A stretch of DNA of 38,777 nucleotides from Terriglobales bacterium. Its GTDB lineage: Bacteria > Acidobacteriota > Terriglobia > Terriglobales > Acidobacteriaceae. Positions within the stretch are counted from its first letter, which is position 1, and the number at the start of each line of letters is the position of its first letter. The notes beneath the pieces are model-generated. The model was given only the letters and a program-made list of their open reading frames with translations. It was not told the DNA's origin and ran no database searches. Made by a program: the position numbers and the translations under genes. The DNA lies in assembly GCA_035548935.1 (NCBI GenBank), contig DASZRZ010000063.1, positions 1 through 38,777 of the forward strand, given 5' to 3'. Shown one piece after another: positions 33,620-38,777 of this stretch.

Positions 33620-36375
33620 GCCGTCACCTTTCTTTTTGCCTTCTTCTGCTTCTGCGTATCTTCCTTCATCTCCTCCGCTGCCGGCATGCCGCTCTGTTGC
33701 AGCAGCTTGGCCACCAGGCCGGTCCATCCCGTCTGGTGGCTGGCGCCCACCCCTCTGCCGTTGTCACCGTGGAAATATTCGTAAAACAGAATCAGATCCC
33801 GCCAGTTCGGATCGGACTGAAATACCTCGCTGCTTCCGTGCACCGGCCGCCGCCCGTGCTCATTGCGCAGGAAAATCGACGTCAACCGCCGCGACAGCTC
33901 CGCGGCCACTTCGTTCAGGCTCAGCATCGTCCCGGAACCTGTGGGGAATTCCACCTTGTACCCGTCGCCCAGGTAGTAATGGAATCTCTGTAGCGATTCG
34001 ATAATCAGGAAGTTCATCGGAAACCAGACTGGCCCACGCCAGTTGGAATTGCCGCCAAACAATCCCGTGGTGGACTCTCCCGGCTCGTACTGCACGGAAT
34101 GGCTCATCCCGTCCAAGTTCAGCATGTACGGTTTTTCGGCATACGTGCGCGAGAGCGCCCGGATTCCATAGGGCGAAAGAAATTCCGACTCGTCCAGCAT
34201 GAAGCGCAGTACCCGGCGCAACTGAGCACCATCCACAATCGAGAGAAGCCGGCGCTCTTCCATGCCCTTGGTACGCATGCAGGCAACGCTGTTGATCAGG
34301 TCGGGACGGTTTTCGATAAACCACTCCAGGCGGCGCTTGAACCCCGGAAGACGGTCCAACAGGTCGGGCTCCAGTGTCTCCACCGCAAAGAGCGGCGTCA
34401 GGCCCACCAGGGAGCGGAGCTTCATGGGGATGCGGCGACCGTCTTCGAGGTGCAGCACATCGTAGAAAAATCCATCTTCGTCATCCCACAGCCCATCTCC
34501 ATCGGGCGCGCGATTGTTCATGGCATTGGCAATGCCCAGGAAGTGTTCCCAGAATTTTGAAGCCACGTCTTCATAGGCCGGATCGTGCCGGGCCAGCTCC
34601 ATCGCAATCGCCAGCAGGTTCAGCGAATACATCGCCATCCAACTGGTGCCGTCTGACTGCTCAATGTGCCCCCCGGTGGGCAACGGAGCACTGCGGTCGA
34701 AGACGCCGATGTTGTCCAACCCGAGAAATCCGCCTTCGAAGACATTGTTGCCCTCGGCGTCTTTGCGGTTGACCCACCAGGTGAAGTTGATCAGCAGCTT
34801 GTGGAATACCGACTCCAGGAATCGCAGGTCGCCCTTGCCCCTCCGTCTCTCCTCGATCTTGTAAACCCGCCATGCCGCCCACGCATGCACCGGTGGATTC
34901 ACATCTCCCAGGGCCCATTCGTAGGCAGGCAGCTGACCGCTGGGGTGCATGTACCACTCGCGCAGCATCAGCGTGAGCTGCTCCTTGGCAAAGTCGGCGT
35001 CCACCAGCGCCAGTGCGACCGTGTGGAACGCCAGGTCCCACGCCGCATACCAGGGATACTCCCACTTGTCGGGCATTGAGATTACGTCGGCGTTATAGAG
35101 AGAAATCCATTCGTGATTGCGGCCATGCTTGCGGCTCTCGGGCGGTTTGGGCTGGGTGGGGTCGCCCTCCAGCCAGTCCCTGACGATGTAGTGGTAAAAC
35201 TGCTTGGACCACAACATACCCGCCAGCCCCTGGCGCATTACGCGTTGCCCATCTTCCGGAAGGTCCTTCGGAATCACGCCGGCATAGAACTCATCGGCCT
35301 CCGCGATTCGTTTGGCAAACACCTCATCGAACGGCTCGCCAAATGCCGACTGCCCTGCCAGATCAACATCCGTCAGCCGCAGGCGCACCGTCGCCGATCC
35401 TCCAGCGGGAATACTCCTCCGGTATCGGGCTGCTGCCTTGGTCCCCTCCTTCGCCGGATTCACTGCGTCCTTGCTGCCACGAACTACATATTCATTGATC
35501 CCATCCTTAAAGAAGCCTTCCGCCTCTCCGTAGTGGAAGAGGCTGTGAGTATTGGTCTCGTTTTCCGTAAACAGCAGCTCCGGAGTGTCCTCGCAGTAGA
35601 GCCGCCTCATCCCCAGCGTGGCATGCTGGATCTCAATGGCTTCGCCCAGCCCCGAGCTCTTCATCTGAGGGCGCGGGCTCTTGTCCCTTCCCCAGGACCA
35701 AGTATTGCGGAACCACACCGTCGGCAGCAGATCCACGGTAGCCGCCTCCGGACCGCGGTTCTCCACGGTGATTCGCACCAGAATGTCCTCGGGGCTGGCC
35801 TTGGCATATTCCACAGTCACGTCAAAGTAGCGGTTTTCCGCAAAAACACCCGTATCGAGCAGCTCGAATTCCGGATCGCCCTTGCCCCGCCTGCGGTTCT
35901 CCTCCACCAGTTGGTCGTAAGGAAACTCCCGCTGCGGGTACTTGTAGAGGAACTTCATATAGGAGTGCGTGGGCGTGGAATCGAGGTAAAAGTAGTACTC
36001 CTTCACATCTTCGCCGTGATTGCCCTCGTTGCCAGTGAGTCCGAACAGGCGTTCTTTCAGGATGGGATCGTGACCGTTCCACAACCCCAGCGCGAAGCAC
36101 AGCAACTGCCGCCGGTCACAGATTCCCGCCAGTCCATCTTCATTCCACCGGTAGGTACGCGAGCGGGCATGATCGTGCGGAAAGAACTCCCACGCGGTCC
36201 CGTGCTCGCTGTAGTCCTCGCGCACCGTGCCCCAGGCGCGTTCGCTCACATAAGGACCCCAGCGCTTCCAGTGCGCAATGCGCCGCCGCGAATCTTCCAG
36301 CCGCTGCTGCTCGGCGTTCATGCCGCCCGGATATCCATTGCGCCCATTTTTTGCGTTGTTGCCGGCATTATTCAT
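33616..36375 (-). CDS. GH63-like (alpha/alpha)6 glucosidase (MGH/glucosylglycerate-hydrolase-related large form)
   Basis: It has the conserved N-terminus [49 protein letters not shown]. The catalytic domain has motifs [14 protein letters not shown] and [11 protein letters not shown]. It is 919 aa. Confidence 0.75.
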   Translation of the reverse strand: MNNAGNNAKNGRNGYPGGMNAEQQRLEDSRRRIAHWKRWGPYVSERAWGTVREDYSEHGTAWEFFPHDHARSRTYRWNEDGLAGICDRRQLLCFALGLWNGHDPILKERLFGLTGNEGNHGEDVKEYYFYLDSTPTHSYMKFLYKYPQREFPYDQLVEENRRRGKGDPEFELLDTGVFAENRYFDVTVEYAKASPEDILVRITVENRGPEAATVDLLPTVWFRNTWSWGRDKSPRPQMKSSGLGEAIEIQHATLGMRRLYCEDTPELLFTENETNTHSLFHYGEAEGFFKDGINEYVVRGSKDAVNPAKEGTKAAARYRRSIPAGGSATVRLRLTDVDLAGQSAFGEPFDEVFAKRIAEADEFYAGVIPKDLPEDGQRVMRQGLAGMLWSKQFYHYIVRDWLEGDPTQPKPPESRKHGRNHEWISLYNADVISMPDKWEYPWYAAWDLAFHTVALALVDADFAKEQLTLMLREWYMHPSGQLPAYEWALGDVNPPVHAWAAWRVYKIEERRRGKGDLRFLESVFHKLLINFTWWVNRKDAEGNNVFEGGFLGLDNIGVFDRSAPLPTGGHIEQSDGTSWMAMYSLNLLAIAMELARHDPAYEDVASKFWEHFLGIANAMNNRAPDGDGLWDDEDGFFYDVLHLEDGRRIPMKLRSLVGLTPLFAVETLEPDLLDRLPGFKRRLEWFIENRPDLINSVACMRTKGMEERRLLSIVDGAQLRRVLRFMLDESEFLSPYGIRALSRTYAEKPYMLNLDGMSHSVQYEPGESTTGLFGGNSNWRGPVWFPMNFLIIESLQRFHYYLGDGYKVEFPTGSGTMLSLNEVAAELSRRLTSIFLRNEHGRRPVHGSSEVFQSDPNWRDLILFYEYFHGDNGRGVGASHQTGWTGLVAKLLQQSGMPAAEEMKEDTQKQKKAKRKVTA

Positions 36376-36411
36376 TTCTGCACCCGGTCCTTCATCTCTC
36401 TGCTGCCTCTT

Positions 36412-37488
36412 TCATTTCTGAATCAGTTCCATGGAATGCCCGTCCGGATCGGCCACCATCAGGGCCTTGCGAAATCCCAGCGAATCATCGGGCAGCGGCA
36501 CCACGCCGGAAAACTTCAATTCCTTATCCTCCCGCCGCAACTCTCCCGCTGCTGCTTCCACATCGGCCACCACCAGCTTTGTCTGCCAGTGGATCAGGTC
36601 GTTCGAGTGCTTGTCGGAGGGCATCGCACGCCCGTCACGCGGCGCCAGATATTCCAGAAGTTCGATTCCAGGCCCCGGCCCCGCCGCCGGACGCAGCGTG
36701 GTAATCGCCAGATGTGCCCCGAAAACATTATTCAGGTGCTCCTGCTCCGTGCCGTAGTTCTCGCTCTCCCCGGCCTTTCGCAGGCCCAGGGCTCCGCAAT
36801 AAAAACGCACACTTGCCGCAGAGTCGTTGACCACGATGGCGGTATGGTCAATTCCCAGGAACAGCTCTCCTTTGGCCGTTTTCCATTTGGGGTCGCCCTT
36901 ATCCGGTGGGAATTGGATGATCTCCAGCACGTGACCGTCGGGATCTTTGAAATAGAAGGCCGCGATTCCCGCCGCGTTCACATTCCACTGTGGCAGGCGC
37001 TGCGGCTCCGGCGAAGCATGCCGCACCTTATGCTCGCGAAGCCACTGATAGCCCCGGTCGATATCCTTCACCACGATCGCCGCATGCTGGAACCACCGGT
37101 CATTACTGCGCGAGTCCGGCGGTATCGGTCTACCCTCGGGCGCAAGGTATTCGGTCAGCTCCAGCGACTCGTCCCCCAATTGCAGCCGCACAACTCTCAT
37201 GCGCAGTCCGAATACACCCTCCAGATGCTCGTAGGCCTCGCCCGCCACCTCCACATCGGAAACCTTGCGAAACGACAGCACCTCTTCATAAAACTTCACG
37301 GAGCGGTCCATATCGGCGACGGTCATTCCAATGGCCGCTACCCCCAATACGCGGGCGGATGCATGGGAAGAGACATCCGGCTTCGACGCCTTCCGCTCCG
37401 CCGCCTGACCGCCGGCTGCCGCAATCAGCAGCACCGCAATGCAGGCCCGTAGGGCGTTATTTTTCAGAGCCAGACGAAGGGCTTTCAT
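36412..37488 (-). CDS. Secreted VOC-superfamily (glyoxalase / extradiol-dioxygenase fold) protein with four beta-alpha-beta-beta-beta modules
   Basis: It has a signal peptide (ACIAVLLIAAAGGQAAE). Repeated module starts occur at IGMTVADMDRSVKFYEEVLSF, QHAAIVVKDIDRGYQWL, IDHTAIVVNDSAASVRFY and KLVVADVEAAAGEL. GAGGGGA lies 5 nt upstream of the ATG. Confidence 0.7.
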   Translation of the reverse strand: MKALRLALKNNALRACIAVLLIAAAGGQAAERKASKPDVSSHASARVLGVAAIGMTVADMDRSVKFYEEVLSFRKVSDVEVAGEAYEHLEGVFGLRMRVVRLQLGDESLELTEYLAPEGRPIPPDSRSNDRWFQHAAIVVKDIDRGYQWLREHKVRHASPEPQRLPQWNVNAAGIAAFYFKDPDGHVLEIIQFPPDKGDPKWKTAKGELFLGIDHTAIVVNDSAASVRFYCGALGLRKAGESENYGTEQEHLNNVFGAHLAITTLRPAAGPGPGIELLEYLAPRDGRAMPSDKHSNDLIHWQTKLVVADVEAAAGELRREDKELKFSGVVPLPDDSLGFRKALMVADPDGHSMELIQK

Positions 37489-37490
37489 GG

Positions 37491-38777
37491 CTATCCCCTC
37501 ACGCTTTCCGCGCCCATCGACGCCGTTGCTGCCGCCCGGCTCACGCCCATCCGATCCAGCAGATGATCTCCGACCCGTAACGCATTGGCCATGATGGTCA
37601 GCGCCGGATTCACCGCGCCGCTCGACGGAAAGAAACTTCCATCCACCACATACAGGTTATCGACATCCCACGCCCGGCAGTTGGAATCCAGCGCCGACGT
37701 AGCCGGATCGTTCCCGAATCGAACAGTACCGTTCTGATGGGCCACCCCCGCCAGGGGAATCTTCTGTCCCACAAACAGGCTTCTTGCGAACAACCCCTGA
37801 TGGCACTCATGGCCGTGAATGTCGCAGCTCGTTTGCTTCATCAGGTGCTTCAGTTTGGCTTGTAAGCGCTTGTGTCCCTCTTCGTTGTTCGGCGTATAGC
37901 TCAGCACGATCTCGCCCTTGCCATTTAACGTCACGCGGTTCGCGGGATTGGGCAAATCCTCCGACGTAAGCCAGAAATCGAGCGAGTGCTGCGCCATCAG
38001 ATCCAGGCTCCAGCCCGGGGCGATCGCCGGAGCACCGGCGCGCAGCGCATCCGCGTCGATCTTCCCTACGAATGAGATGTGTCCCATCGGATACTCCCAA
38101 TCTTCGGAACCAAAGTAGAAATCGTTCACCGCCAGCGTCTTCTGAAAGACCGTGGGATTGGGACACATGGAAAGCGCCAGCAGCACCGAGTTGATGTGGC
38201 CCATGTAATGCCGTCCCACCACATCGGAGCGGTTTGCCAGCCCATTGGGATGGCGGTCGTTGGCCGACCGCAGCAGCAGCGCCGCCGAGTTGATCGCGCC
38301 GCACGACGCCACAACAATGTCCGCCGAATAGAACTCCTTCACGCCATTGCGCTCCAGCTCCACTCCCGTGACCTCTCTTCCGGAAGCGCTGGTCACCAGA
38401 CGCAACACATGCGCCCCGGTCAGCAGCGTTACGTTGGGAGATTCCAGCGCCGGATCGAGGGCGCAGACCTGGGCATCCGATTTCGCTGATACCAGGCACG
38501 GGAAACTGTCGCAGGTACTGCAACGAATGCAGCGGCTGTGATGCGGATCTTTTTCGTTCAGCATGATGCCAAGCGGTACATGGAACGGCTTCAGCCCGGC
38601 GCGGGCAAAGTCGTCGCTCAGCGCCTGCATTCGCGGCTCATGGCTCACCGCCGGATGGGGATACGGCGTACCCGCTCGCGGCTCTGTCGGGTCCTCGCCC
38701 CGCGCTCCATGTACGTGATAGATGCGCTCCGCTTCGCCGTAGTAGGGCTCGAGGTCGTCATAACGGATCGGCCACGC
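37491..38777 (-). CDS. GMC-family FAD-dependent oxidoreductase, 5'-truncated by the window edge
   Basis: The frame stays open from 38648 to 38777 (my translation: AWPIRYDDLEPYYGEAERIYHVHGARGEDPTEPRAGTPYPHPA-VSHEPR...). The C-terminal GMC signature is VVDGSFFPSSGAVNPALTIMANALR. The N-terminal FAD GxGxxG lies outside the window. Confidence 0.85.
   Translation of the reverse strand, partial: AWPIRYDDLEPYYGEAERIYHVHGARGEDPTEPRAGTPYPHPAVSHEPRMQALSDDFARAGLKPFHVPLGIMLNEKDPHHSRCIRCSTCDSFPCLVSAKSDAQVCALDPALESPNVTLLTGAHVLRLVTSASGREVTGVELERNGVKEFYSADIVVASCGAINSAALLLRSANDRHPNGLANRSDVVGRHYMGHINSVLLALSMCPNPTVFQKTLAVNDFYFGSEDWEYPMGHISFVGKIDADALRAGAPAIAPGWSLDLMAQHSLDFWLTSEDLPNPANRVTLNGKGEIVLSYTPNNEEGHKRLQAKLKHLMKQTSCDIHGHECHQGLFARSLFVGQKIPLAGVAHQNGTVRFGNDPATSALDSNCRAWDVDNLYVVDGSFFPSSGAVNPALTIMANALRVGDHLLDRMGVSRAAATASMGAESVRG

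Noticed and set aside
35113-37452. A 779-aa plus-strand ORF spanning the antisense of the GH63-like and VOC genes
   Set aside because: It is a mirror-frame ORF of two well-supported minus-strand genes in high-GC DNA. It has an Arg/Leu/His/Pro-rich composition, crosses an intergenic gap and has no recognisable motif.

Overview
This 38.8-kb, high-GC (about 60%) bacterial chromosomal segment is densely coding and looks like core genome. Gene content and style suggest Acidobacteriota (Terriglobia-like), but that is inference only. There is no transposase, integrase, phage gene, CRISPR array or recognisable defence system.

Reading left to right:
- The 3' end of a Vgb-like beta-propeller gene and tRNA-Gln(CUG).
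- A minus-strand block: 2x[4Fe-4S] ferredoxin, an unknown 93-aa protein, a rhodanese, then a two-gene operon. That operon encodes a double HgdC/BcrAD-type activase fused to a dehydratase-like module (1197 aa) plus a second dehydratase-like subunit (about 603 aa).
- ssb, a frataxin-like cyaY, a YpdA-family flavoprotein and an outer-membrane beta-barrel protein.
- gltB-gltD with a divergent LysR regulator.
- An FMN reductase, an orphan OmpR-type response regulator, a GH1 beta-glucosidase, an LpxH-like metallophosphoesterase and a GT2 glycosyltransferase.
- A polyphosphate module: ppk1, sixA-like, ppx and a CHAD protein.
- A UBP-type zinc-finger protein.
- A tightly packed minus-strand operon running to the window edge: GMC oxidoreductase, secreted VOC protein, GH63-like glucosidase, Asp-type glucose dehydrogenase, NDH-2 and glycogen debranching enzyme.

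The best candidates for under-described biology are:
- The orphan ATP-driven activase/dehydratase-like pair.
- The sugar-to-quinone operon with an embedded NDH-2.
- The ppk1-sixA coupling.

Two non-genic patterns recur:
- Many short (8-18 bp) tandem duplications sit at gene boundaries.
- Several -10-like hexamers lie only 6-14 nt upstream of start codons that lack a Shine-Dalgarno sequence, which may indicate leaderless mRNAs.

Nothing here is demonstrably novel from sequence alone. All functional calls rest on motif recognition by eye, not on database searches.
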